From: Octopus vulgaris | Taxonomy: Eukaryota | Direction: 5' to 3' | Length of the DNA: 64,000 nucleotides | Assembly: GCA_951406725.2 (NCBI GenBank) | Contig: OX597814.1 | Coordinates: 73,408,001 to 73,472,000 of the forward strand | Part shown: one piece after another, positions 25,690 through 37,300 of the stretch | Layout of the letters: the number at the start of each line of letters is the position of its first letter | Numbering within the stretch: the first letter of the stretch is position 1 | Made by a program: the position numbers and the translations under genes | Notes under the pieces: model-generated | Database searches by the model: none | What the model saw: the letters and a program-made list of their open reading frames with translations, nothing else | What the model was told of the DNA's origin: nothing

Positions 25690-26930
25690 TTAAAGGTTGA
25701 ATTTTATAGATTGGTAGAAATTACTTATAGGAATTAAAGGTATGTTTTTGCCAATGTTTGCCACGATAAAACGTTCTTTAAACGTGTTTACAAGAGAATT
25801 CTCCGAGAACAGAATGAGATATTGTTCTTCGTTACAGAGCGCACAAAAAGATTTACCTTTATCGTATGGAAAGGGTCTAGATAGAATATTCCATTCCAAA
25901 TCAAATTGTTTATTATCATCCTTTAGAGACCAAATTAATTTACTAAGCCCAGTATTGTTGCGTATATTAATATGTCTAAATGTCGAGTAATGGCTAGATA
26001 TTCTTTTGGACAACTGAGATGAAGAACTACCTATGTAAAAAAGACATCAGAACCGAAAGTAATTTTACATTGATAAACAGAGTTTCTAGTCTTAGAATTA
26101 CTGCTAAGGAAACGAATGCGATTCGAATTTATATCAGAAATAATAATGTTGTTGCTATTATTGTTCAAAGAATGGTTAGTGTAAATAATATCAATGTTAT
26201 TACTTTCATTAAGTGGATTTGTATTTAATAACTTATCGTTATGCGACGAGATGATTTGTGAAAGGTTTTTGGCGCTAGAAAGCTCTATTCTAATTCGGTG
26301 TGAATTAATATTCGATTAGTATCTTGAATTTTTGGGGAAATTCTTTTCTATAGCTTCAGGAATCTGATAAGAGAAGCTGGATTTGATCTGCTTACCATAT
26401 GGAATTATCAGCCGAACAGTTTTATTAGGATATAACTAGGGTAATTATCTTTAAAAGTCCTAAATTTACTTATATCACGAAAAATGAGACTTAAAGAACG
26501 GTTATCCATTTACGCTGCAAAATTACATTTTTCGCTTTAGTGTTGTTATTCGAAATGAAATTTATATTATTACCGCTATGACGTGTTTTCATGTCCTGAT
26601 TAATAGAGGTAGAATTAATGGCAAGAGGGTTAATATAGGTAATTTTTTCTTTATAGTTTGCTTTAAGTAAGGCAGAGTTATAAAATTCAGCTTTATGGTT
26701 GAAAATATCATCGCTAGCAGATAATCTATAGAGTCTAAGTGAAATATTTCTAATTAAATTCCTTGTAATAATTACTGAAAGAGGTAATAAATTTTAGATT
26801 AGTTGAGAGTTTATGGTATGAGAAATATGAATCATTATATAAGTTAAGGATAATATCCCAAATGTGTTGGCTTTAGTTATATCATCATCGAAAATAATGC
26901 TTAAGCCTATATTTCGAAAATTTTAACCAA
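25690..26930 (-). mobile_element. 5'-truncated Penelope-like element: RT C-terminal piece + GIY-YIG endonuclease
   Basis: FLHR/YIG-like region, then SKRISSHYSTFRH...TGLSKLIWSLKD...WNIL...CALCNEE. 26790-26925 matches 23440-23575. Confidence 0.85.
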
Positions 26931-26943
26931 CCTATATTTAACA

Positions 26944-26997
<54 letters not shown>

Positions 26998-27112
26998 TAA
27001 TCCAAACAAGAAAACACAGAAAAAAAGAAAAAAAAAATGAGAAAAAAACACAGCAACGCAGGACGTGGAACAATTAAAGTATTATTGACGCTCAGGAAAG
27101 AAGGGAAGGAGG

Positions 27113-27147
27113 GTTTAACGTTTCGAGCGGAGCTCTTCGTCGGAAAC
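27113..27147 (-). ncRNA. Minimal type I hammerhead ribozyme candidate (U4C core variant)
   Basis: GUUU-CCGACGA-A-GAGC(UCC)GCUC-GAA-ACGU-U-AAAC: 4-bp stem I, 4-bp stem II, palindromic ACGU stem III. Confidence 0.7.
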
Positions 27148-27666
27148 AAGGAGAAGGAAAGATCCCAAGGAGGGAAGACAGAGGAGAAAATATTTGAGAT
27201 GGTAGTGCTCAAGAGATCACATGTTGAAAGAACAGAAAGTGAAGGTGGTCGAAACATGGTTTTACAAGGCAGAGAGTTCCAAAAAAGGAATGCGTGTGTG
27301 TGTGTGTGTGTGTATGCAAGATGACAAGTGTGTTTGTGCGTGCGTGTGTGTGTGTGTATTTTTGGTGAATAAAGGCAATGACAAAGCCAGCTGTCAATGA
27401 CAACTAGCTGTTTGTATCAGGCCAGATCAAAGCCAGGTCAAAAAAACAAAGGGCTATATGTATCATGTGTGTGTGTTGTTTGTAGTGTGTGTGTGTGTGT
27501 GCATGTGTGTGTTCGTGTGTGTATGCGTAGAGTGTGGGTGGGTGGCGGGCAACTGTTTAACCTAGTGCGTGTGTGCTTGTACGTGCGTGTGTGTGTGCTT
27601 GTACGTGCGTGTGTGTGTGTAGGAATGTATGTGTGGGTTCATTTGTGTGAGAGTGTATGTATGTAC

Positions 27667-27711
<45 letters not shown>

Positions 27712-27953
27712 TATATATTTATACAAATATTAATTATAATAAAAGGGTAAAATCAATAATAATTTTACCAGGTGGTCAGTGCGGAAATAAAGACTTCGTA
27801 GGTAAATTTTACAAAATATTTTATAATTATATACGTGATTATAACAAGGGATCGGCTTTACGACTCACCATGCACTGCAAGAAATCTCCGAGAATAGCAC
27901 ACTATATTGTAGGCGAGCAAAAGAAAAATAATGAATGAACGATTTTTGGTTAA

Positions 27954-28021
27954 CTGCGTACACAATCGTGTTTCATGCCTAAATTTTTAAAACAATTACC
28001 TACTGCTCTCATCAGCGACAG
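27954..28021 (-). ncRNA. Type I hammerhead ribozyme candidate
   Basis: CUGUCG-CUGAUGA-[stem II, imperfect]-GAA-ACAC(GAUU)GUGU-A-CGCAG; GUA cleavage triplet. Confidence 0.7.
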
Positions 28022-28090
28022 TATTCCTTAGCATAAATTTACGAGTATCTCAAAATATGCAAGCGTAAAGTAAAAAAAAAAGTATAATTA

Positions 28091-28300
28091 AGGGTATCTA
28101 AAAGATACCACCACGCTACAGATAGCAGTCAAAACTTGACTCTAAACCACATCAAGTATTCATAGAGCACCAGGAGAAATTAATTTTTTGCTAGATTATA
28201 TGTCTCTGTCTTTTCTCCTGGTGGTGTATGAATACTTGACGTGGCTTTAGAGTCAAGTTTTGACTACTATCTCTAGCATGGTGCCATATTTAAGTTACCC
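28091..28300. repeat. Diverged inverted repeat (~88-bp arms)
   Basis: AGTCAAAACTTGACTCTAAA / TTTAGAGTCAAGTTTTGACT and CACCAGGAGAAA / TTTCTCCTGGTG. Confidence 0.85.
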
Positions 28301-28348
28301 ATTATATATATACCATGATATATATATATCATGGTATATATATATCAT

Positions 28349-28393
<45 letters not shown>

Positions 28394-28568
28394 TATTTCA
28401 ATCATTTGATGGGACCAGCCTTTAGTCGAACATATCGACCCCAGAGCTAATTCTTTGTAAGCCTAGTACTTATTCTATAGCTCACTTTTTGCCGAAACGC
28501 TAACATACGGGGACATAAAGACACCAGTAGCGGTTGTTAAGCGATGGTGGGGGGTACAAAATCAAACA

Positions 28569-28610
<42 letters not shown>

Positions 28611-28612
<2 letters not shown>

Positions 28613-28732
28613 AATTAAGGACTGAACACGAAAAGTGGACAGTCAACATGCTAGATATAGACGTCAAATCGCCATTTGACGTCTATATCTAGCATGTTGA
28701 CTGTCCACTTTTCGTGTTCAGTCCTTAATTGG
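28611..28732. repeat. Perfect palindrome, 59-bp arms, 4-nt loop CGCC
   Basis: 28611-28669 is the exact reverse complement of 28674-28732; followed by a ~90-bp unpaired tail and (TA)n. Confidence 0.97.
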
Positions 28733-28849
28733 TATATATAAATATTTTAATCTTCGGATTCTTTTTAATATGCTAGACCACTGGTTTAAATTGACTAATA
28801 TCAATTTCTACCCTTAATTAATTTATATATATATATATATATATATATA

Positions 28850-29032
28850 TGTAAATATAATATGTGACAATTATTCGGTAGCCATGATAAAACTCCGAGT
28901 TTCAGATGTCGGGGCCATCGTTATCGGGCCATCGAAAAAAATGAAGAGATGCCGCCGTGGGTTTCGGCCCCGACATCCGAAACTCGGAGTTTTATCATGG
29001 CTACCGAATAATTGTCACATATCATATTTACA
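28850..29032. repeat. Inverted repeat, 67-bp arms, with a mutated hammerhead core in spacer/right arm
   Basis: 28850-28916 vs 28966-29032 with 2 mismatches. Plus strand ATGAAGAGATGCCG...CGACATCCGAAACTCGGAGTT is homologous to 51126-51220. Confidence 0.92.
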
Positions 29033-29088
29033 GATAAATTCTTCTATTTACATAATATCGGGGTCTCTTTCATTCTTTTGCTGTCTTC

Positions 29089-29138
<50 letters not shown>

Positions 29139-29286
29139 CGGACCGCTTTCTACCAAATCCAGCCACAAGGATTCGGTCGGCACGAGGCTATAGTAGTAGA
29201 GACTTGCCCGAGGTGCCATGCAGTGGGACTGAACCCGGAACCATGTGGCTGATAAGCAAGCTACTTACTATAAAGCCATTCCTGCG

Positions 29287-29324
<38 letters not shown>

Positions 29325-29487
29325 GTTTGCTAGATAGACCACGTGGGTGGAAGCGGAGTACAGAAATTTACGCCTGCGCATTTTGAGTTTGTTGACACTG
29401 TTAGTTGGAGTGGTTCATCTGAAGCGACAAGTTCGCTGATAGGTAAAGTTCCTTCTTTTTAGTGTTTCCAAATCCAAATTAAGAAAT

Positions 29488-29550
29488 TTTGAGCTGACGA
29501 AAGAAATGCTGATTTTATTTGGCTAATCTTGAAACGTTGACGTACTCAAA
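29488..29550 (+). ncRNA. Canonical type I hammerhead ribozyme candidate
   Basis: UUUGAG-CUGACGA-AAGA...UCUU-GAA-ACG(UUGA)CGU-A-CUCAAA: complete core, 6-bp stem I, 4-bp plus extended stem II, stem III hairpin. Predicted cleavage after 29544 (GUA). Confidence 0.85.
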
Positions 29551-30070
29551 CGATCTATGTACTTGTGATATTTTTCTGTATTTACCTCCAAACCTTCGTG
29601 AGCTGTCTGGAGTAAACATTATCCGAGAGAAATTTTCTTTAAGTAGTAGAAATAGCTAAAAAAATTTTTTTGGCTGCTATTTCTACTAAGTTCAGTATGT
29701 GGCAAAGTAATTTATTTTACTAAGCCCTAATTATATAATGTAATATTTTGAATTCGCCTTAAATGGTCCTTTACATACTGAACACTTGGTGAAATTGATT
29801 AATTAATTAATTTTACCCTCAATTGTTGATATATATATATATATATATTCAGATATATTATATAATAGTTTCAGTATTAATAGTTTCACTATGTATCTGT
29901 TATATACATGTAGACAGTATTAATAGTGGAAGTATTAAAACTGAAAGTATTATTCCATGTTAGAATGGAGATGTTATTGTTTCACTTTTGAACGTAATAC
30001 TGAAATAATGTAAAAGATGAGATTGCAACAGGCTTGCATTAGGCCCATGACAAACTAACAACTTCTTGCC

Positions 30071-30149
<79 letters not shown>

Positions 30150-31018
30150 GTAAAAGCAATTAAGATTCAATTGAGTTCTGTTGAATTCACATGAATGCGG
30201 TACTTAACTTAGATGCACCAGAAATCTATATCGTATTAACCATAAGATAATGCGGGGTGATTATAAACGTGTATCATTTCGCACGAGTTTGACCATGCAA
30301 TCCCTTGATACACGTCGCCGTCGGAAAGAAGTGAACTCGTGAGTAACAAGTTGTTCTGAGCCTATAAGCTAACAACACTGTTATTCACCAAGATGCCATA
30401 TAAAAACGAAGAAAAAGAAAAAGAGAAATATTAAATGCTTTTAAAAAATCCTTGTAATAATGACCTTTGCCAAGATTTCTCAAAATATTAGTGATTTCGT
30501 ACATTACTTATCTTTGCCAAATTCAAATTGTTTAAATATTTTTCTGCCTATCTTCCCCAATACTATTTCTTATTTCTTATCTCTCCATCTCCCCCACATC
30601 TATATCCTTTACTAATTTCATTACGATTTTTCTGAAATCTCCTTTTGATCATTGGAAGAGGATTTGCCATTATTTGGTTTTCAGTTCAGAAAATGTAAGG
30701 CAACACTAATGTAACAAACGCATATATACACGTATATATACATAAACACATTTACACACACACACACACACACTAGCATGTGTGTGTGTGTGTATCTGTG
30801 TGTGCGTGTAGGTCTGCGTGTGCGTATAGTTGAGTGCTTCTGTATGTGCTTGTGTGTTTGTGCATTTTGTGAATAGGTATAAATACTGGCATCAATAAAA
30901 AATGTGAAGTATATCATTTCTGGGTGTGTTGTAGAATAAACATTTCCTAGAATATTTGTTACTACACACTAACAGAAACACACAGACGCATATTTGTATG
31001 AATACACACTCACGATAC

Positions 31019-31117
<99 letters not shown>

Positions 31118-31119
31118 AA

Positions 31120-31260
31120 ATTATAATCTAGGGTATCCAGCGTGGCAGCATCTCTTAGATACCCTAAAATATAATGTTTATAATAATTATTACCTTTGAA
31201 GGTTTTTATTCCCATGATGGCCACTTGATAGGATCGATATTTAAATTAACGATCTTGTCC

Positions 31261-31261
<1 letters not shown>
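31120..31261 (+). mobile_element. Short hairpin+tail element; related copy at 40967-41095 (-)
   Basis: ATTATAATCTAGGGTATC..GATACCCTAAAATATAAT hairpin, then a tail matching the reverse complement of 40967-41095. Both copies abut microsatellites. Confidence 0.7.
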
Positions 31262-31334
<73 letters not shown>

Positions 31335-31339
31335 GTCTG

Positions 31340-31402
<63 letters not shown>

Positions 31403-31519
31403 GTCTGTCTGTCTGTCTGTCTGTCTGCCTGCCTGCCTGTCTGTCTGCCTTCTGTCTGTCTGCCTTCTGTCTGTCTGTCTGTCTGTCTATCTATCAATCT
31501 ATTCAACCATCCGATTTTA

Positions 31520-32300
31520 GTGTCAAACTCTTTCAAGATTTGTGAACAGATTTCTCGTTTACCTAGTTTTTGTTGGCTTAACTCAAGCTTTTGATATGGT
31601 GAAGAGAAATGCAGTTTGGAAAATCCTAGGAAGGTTGGGGTATTCACCTAAGTTTTTTATGTTTGTTGAATTACACACTTGTATGAAAGTGTAATTCAAT
31701 TCAAATGGTGCTCAGTCGTAACCTGTTCTTGTGGGCAACGGTATTAAGCAGGGATTGCAGCAACTTTATTCATGTAGACATAATGGCTCATGCATTTCCG
31801 GACTGTAATCTAAGTAATATTGTTCGTTATCGCACAGTGGGTTATCTGTTTAATCCGAGCTTTTTCAATGCTAAATTGAGGAATTTTATAACTTGTGACC
31901 CTCTCTGAGAAAGAACTTTTCCAGTGCCTCTTCTGCTTTTGGATTTGTAATTAACCTAAACATCCCAGGTTTACACGTGTTCCCAGTGAATTGTATACGA
32001 CACCAAGTATACTTGTCCAACAGACCAGTCTTGATATTGTTGAATTTTTTTAGCGCCTTGGCAGCTATGTCTCAAGCGATAGACCCTTATATTCTGAAGT
32101 CAGCTTGAAGATTGAAAATATTTCACTCGTGTTTGGGAGACTTGAGAAACGAATCTGATGAGAAGGTAACTTGAAAATTTCCACCAAGCTTTGGATCTAC
32201 GATTGCCTCATCAATCCCTTCTCAAATCGTTAGAGACAATTACAGTGTATCAACGACACATCAAAATACTTGAAAGATGGTTAAGACTAATATTAAATGT
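31520..32300 (-). mobile_element. Decayed CR1/L2-like LINE fragment
   Basis: Weak minus-strand traces of the CR1 RT C-terminal region (Y..LV...L.Y, QIQKQKR); no open frame. Confidence 0.35.
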
Positions 32301-32904
32301 CAGTCAAAAATATTTTGCGCATGATATTGAACTGAAAGGGCGAGTTCTCTCAGTATGAAAGGTTGCCTCATAAAAAAGATATGGTGCGAGTTGGTTATAT
32401 AATTCGACTTGATGTTGTCAGGTTTTCGACGTAGTTGCCTTATGGTGAATTAATATTCGGTAAGAGACCCCAGCACAAACCTAAAGAGATAATTTTTAGT
32501 CTTTGAATTATCGGCATTAATTAGGAACAGTTTGCAATGAACAGAAGGAAATGTCGGTCTCTAACCAGGAATGACAGCCTGCAGTCCGAGAAAATTCGGA
32601 TTGCCTAGCGAATAGAGAACCCTAGGAAGTTGTTCTGCTTAATAGAGTGACCAGAAATAATCTCACCCGCATATCTGCGCATTCTTTGGTCGTAATGCAC
32701 TTGCAAAAACCGGTTTGTTACTCATGGAAGGTCACATGTCGGAGGACCAACACAAGATGTTTATATTTTTATTATCAGTTCCACTGGAACACTTCTCTTC
32801 TTCATGTCAAAAGATGGCTTATCTACTGGCGGATTTCCATTCTATTTTGAGTAAATACATAAGGACTGAGCCGCCATTCATAAATTCCTTGATAATTAAG
32901 TATC

Positions 32905-33004
32905 AGGCTTACAAAGAAAAAGTCCTCGGGTCGATTTGTTCGACTAAAGGCGGTACCCCAGCATGGCCGCAGTTACATGACTGAAACACGTAAAAGAATA
33001 ATCA
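32905..33004 (+). mobile_element. OK-type SINE 3' fragment
   Basis: GGGTCGATTTGTTCGACTAAAGGCGGTACCCCAGCATGGCCGCAG tail. Confidence 0.8.
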
Positions 33005-33212
33005 GAATAAATTCTATGAGGTACATTTCTTACAGAAAAAAAGAATCAGAGCTAGTCATCAAACGGTCTGTGGTAGAAAAACTAGCAAACTGTTTACATG
33101 AATGTCTGTTGTGGGGATGTGGTTATGCTCATAATGCATACATATAAGAACACACACAATATATATATATATATATATACTTTATTTTAAGCAGCAGAAA
33201 ATTCAACAAAAT

Positions 33213-33250
33213 CTGTTACTCCGAGTTTCTCGTTGCCGTTCATCAGACAG
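33213..33250 (-). ncRNA. Minimal type I hammerhead ribozyme candidate
   Basis: CUGU-CUGAUGA-ACG(GCAA)CGA-GAA-ACUC(G)GAGU-A-ACAG: 4-bp stem I, GNRA-capped stem II with an A-A closing mismatch, near-palindromic stem III. Confidence 0.75.
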
Positions 33251-33597
33251 TTTTTGCTAGAATGGAACTGATATATCAATTCAATCTAGACTCTTACAAA
33301 CGCTACACCTTTAAAAAGAAATGGACTTGTTTGATTGGCCCTTTAGAAAAAAACGGTCAATCTTCGAGCGATAAACAAAAAGGTCAAAAATATATGTATA
33401 TATATATAAAAAAGCTTATAAAAATTATAAAATCCGAGGAAAAACCTTACATTGAATAAAATACATATTGACATTAATGAAGAAAGTATAAATTAATTCA
33501 TAGGAATTACACCTGTTATAAATATTACACTGCAATACATATTTTTATTAAAATGTGCATATATATATCAACATACACAAACATACATATTCCTTCG

Positions 33598-33744
33598 GAT
33601 AACACTGGTGGCGTGAAGAGGGGAGGCTGGTATGCATGGGCGACTGCTGGTCTTCCATAAACAACCTTGCCCGGACTTGTGTCTAGGAGGGTAACTTTCT
33701 AGGTGCAATCCCATGGTCATTCATGACCGAAGGGGGTCTTTACC

Positions 33745-33748
<4 letters not shown>
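33598..33748 (+). mobile_element. SINE 3' fragment (family of 11608-11930)
   Basis: TGGTCTTCCATAAACAACCTTGCCCGGA..GGAGGGTAACTTTCTAGGTGCAATCCCAT. Confidence 0.8.
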
Positions 33749-33800
<52 letters not shown>

Positions 33801-34076
33801 TAAATTAGAGATAAAACCACTATTAGGCAAATCAAACAATGAAAAACATAAACCAAAACATAAAAATAAACATAATTAATATGATATACAAAATATATAA
33901 AATATGAAATTTAAAATTTGAATTATTTAATTAAAAATTTTTTAAATTTATATTTATAAATTTTTAATTTTTTAAATATTTTAAAATTTTAAATTAATAA
34001 ATTTTTAAATTTTTAATTAAAAAAAAATATAACTATCAAAAACTATTAAAATGTTTAATATAAGATAATAAGTAAA

Positions 34077-34175
34077 ACCACTACGTACGTTTCATGGCCA
34101 TAACCTAATTCGAATTACAATAATTTAAGTTCAATTAAAAATTCGAATTATAGTTATAATCAATCTTCAGGTTAA
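34077..34175 (-). ncRNA. Hammerhead ribozyme candidate with long stem II (left arm)
   Basis: AAC-CUGAAGA-UUGAUUAUAAC...GUUAUGGCCAU-GAA-ACGUACGU-A-GUG. Core intact, palindromic stem III, weak stem I. Confidence 0.65.
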
Positions 34176-35663
34176 TGATAATAGTTAAATAAATAAGCAA
34201 ATATATTTGAACAATATTTTTAAAGAAATAAATAAAATAATAATTTTTCTTATAAAAAACTCTATTATCAAACTAGAAACTTTAACGACTAAATTATTAA
34301 AATATTAAAATATATTTAATAAAAAGGTTTACTTATTTTTCAAAAATCGTGTCATTAACTAAACTAATAATAAACAAATGGAAAATTCTTTAACAATGAA
34401 AACTACGAATATATTTTATCAATGAAAAATACTACTACAATTATCAATTGAAAATAGCTATAATAGAACAAAGTCAACTATTAGAGATATTTATGAATAT
34501 ATAATATGGCTTAAAAAAACACAATAAACTCACAAATATCCATAACTCAGTTATAGTCCAAAAATTTAATTACCAAATTATTTAACTAAATATTCGTTAT
34601 TCATATTTTAGATTTAAGTACACATCTAATAATTATAAAATATTTAAAAATAATAACTAAATTACTATCAATAAATATTGTGATTAAAAACTAAAATTTA
34701 TGCTATCAATAAATGTATAGACATATAAAGAAAAATAAATTGATTAATTAATCCAATACTACTTACATAAATACTTAATATTAATATAATATAATTATGA
34801 GATACATTAAAAAAATTAAAGATTAAAATCAGATTAAAACTAGAAACCTAACTTTAAAAAATCGTATAACTATTAACGATCTATATATCTCTTTGACTAA
34901 GTAAAATCTTATTTTACTATTTTAATAATTTATATTATATGGTATTTATTGGATACTATATAACTACGGATTGATAATTTGATTGTATAAGTATTTAGTT
35001 GTTGAAGATATGTATTTCATTATTTCATTATTAGATCATAACTACACGGTTTTTGTAAGTTATTAATTAGCCAACGAGATATATTGATAGTTAAATAGTT
35101 ATAGGGTTTTTTTAAAGAAAGGTTATACGTTTACAATTTGCTTTTTCATCTTTAATTTTTTAATTTTTTATACATTTCGTAAGTAATAATGGAATAATTA
35201 ATTTATTTAGTTTTTTTTATAATACGTATATATATTTATTGGTAGAGATAATTTTAGATCTTAATTATTATATTTATATATATTTATTTATAATAATTTA
35301 GTTATTATTCAAATATTTTATAATTATTAGATTTGTACTTAAATTTATTAATATGAATAGTGATTATTCTTTTGATTATTTTTTTGTTTAATAATTGGGT
35401 AATTAGATATTGACTATAACTGAGATTAGGTTATTCGTGAGTTTATTTGTTTTTTAAAACCATATTATATCTGAATAGATAAATACATTTTCTATCTATT
35501 TTTACCTTAAAAATTAATATTTAACATCATAATTGGATTGTATGACATAATCCTAATTGTTAAAGTTTGATAATAGAGTTTTTTTATAAGAAAAATTATT
35601 ATTTTATTTATTTCTTAAAAAATATTGTTTAAATATATTTGCTTATTTATTTAACTATTATCA

Positions 35664-35762
35664 TTAACCTGAAGATTGACTATAACTATAATTCGAATTT
35701 TTAATTGAGCTTAAATTATTGTAATTCGAATTAGGTTATGGCCATGAAACGTACGTAGTGGT
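35664..35762 (+). ncRNA. Hammerhead ribozyme candidate with long stem II (right arm)
   Basis: CTGAAGA at 35669-35675 and GAAACGTACGTA at 35746-35757; inverted copy of 34077-34175. Confidence 0.65.
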
Positions 35763-36029
35763 TTTACTTATTATCTTATATTAAACTTTTTAATACTTTT
35801 TGATAGTTATATTTTTAAAAAAATTTTAAATTTAAAAATTTATTAATTTAAAATTTTAAGATATTAAAAAATTTTTAAAAATATAAATATAAATTTAAAA
35901 AATTTTAAATTTAAATAATTTAAATGTTAAATTTCATATTTTATATATTTTGTATATCATATTAATTATGTTTATTTTTACGTTTTGGTTTATGTTTTTC
36001 ATTGTTTGATTTGCCTAATAGTGGTTTTA

Positions 36030-37300
36030 CGAGGGGCGTTCAATAAGTAATGCCCCTGACCCACTTCCCATAGCAGTAGAGCAACGAAACTTGGCACAGG
36101 TATTAGTCTTTTTCTACATAGGAACAACCCAGAGGTACACATTTCTCCCATCGTTTGATGCAGTTCTGGAGACCGTTTTCGTAGAAGACCCCAGCTTGGT
36201 CCTCCAACCACGACGTGACTTCAGAAATCAAGGCTGCATCATCTGGGAAACGCTTTCCTTTCAAAAACAACTTCATGGCTGGGAAGAGGTGAAAATCAGA
36301 GGGTGCAAGGTCAGGAGAGTAGGGGGATGGGGGAAGAGTTCATAGCCGCACGCCTGTGCTTCTGATCTGGCGACACGCAAGTTGTGGACCGGAGCGTTGT
36401 CCTGCAGGAGGGGGATGCCTTTGCTGATCTTGCCCTGCCTCTTGGTTTCGATAGCTTCTCTTAATTTCCTCAAAAGTGAAACATGATAGGCTCCTGTAAT
36501 TGTGGTACCCTTTGCCAGGAAATCTGTCATCACTACTCCGTCCTGGTCCCAGAAGACTGTGAGCATGACCTTGCCAGCGGAGGGCTGCACCCTTGCCTTC
36601 TTTGGAGGAGGTGAGTCATGGTGCTTCTACTGCATTGACTGGGCTTTGGTCTCTGGATCTTAGTGATGGACCCAGGTCAGATCCTGTGTAATCAGTCTTT
36701 TGAAAAATTTTGACTCATCTTCTTGGCACATCCCTAAATTCTTGCTTCTGGAATTCTTGCGTTCTTGCTTCTGGAAAAGTGTGAGCAACCTGGAAATCCA
36801 TCTGGCAGACACCTTTTGCATATGCAAATGGTCATGAATGATAGTTTCCACAGACCCGGTACTAATCTTGACCTCATGGGCTATTTGGCGAATAGTTATG
36901 CATCGATCTTCCAAAATGGCAGCCTCAACTTGACGGACAGATGCCTCATCAATGGCAGAAGGGGGCTACCAGATCTGGGAGCTGTTTCCACAGAGTTCCG
37001 ACCATGTTTGAATACACGATGCCAGCGTTTTACAAGGTCATATGATGGGGCATCCTGTGGTGTGCGTCATTTCAAATACAAAAACCGGATCACTGCTCGA
37101 CACTCAACATGCTCCATTTCCCACTTGACTCATTTCAAAGACCTGTAAATCAGAAACCACAATTAGTTCGGAGCTGTAATTTATCACTTAATCTATAGAG
37201 ATATCAATAATTGCACATGCAAAATCAAACAAGCTAGATCAAACAGCTAGATCAAACAAAGGCAAGTGGGTCAGAGGCATTACTTATTGAACGCCCCTCG
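36030..37300 (-). mobile_element. Full-length mariner (DD34D) transposon, defective
   Basis: TIRs CGAGGGGCGTTCAATAAGTAATGCC.CTGACCCACTT with TA TSD (36028-36029 / 37301-37302). Motifs KVSARWISRLL, GKVMLTVFWDQDG, QDNAPVH; stops and frameshifts. Confidence 0.95.

Larger units (their letters stand above)
28395..29289 (-). mobile_element. OK-type SINE split in two (28395-28572 tail half, 29137-29289 head half) by nested insertions
   Basis: The two halves are collinear with the uninterrupted copy at 22193-22588; the gap opens at the internal TA tract. Confidence 0.8.

Noticed and set aside
32155-32190. CTGATGA-GAAG-GTAA-CTT-GAAAATTTC hammerhead-like string
   Set aside because: No stem I, and it lies antisense in a decayed LINE region; probably chance.
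33795-36029. Mitochondrial control region or organellar insertion, suggested by extreme AT content
   Set aside because: No tRNA/rRNA/mitochondrial gene signatures; the palindromic structure and ribozyme motifs explain it better.
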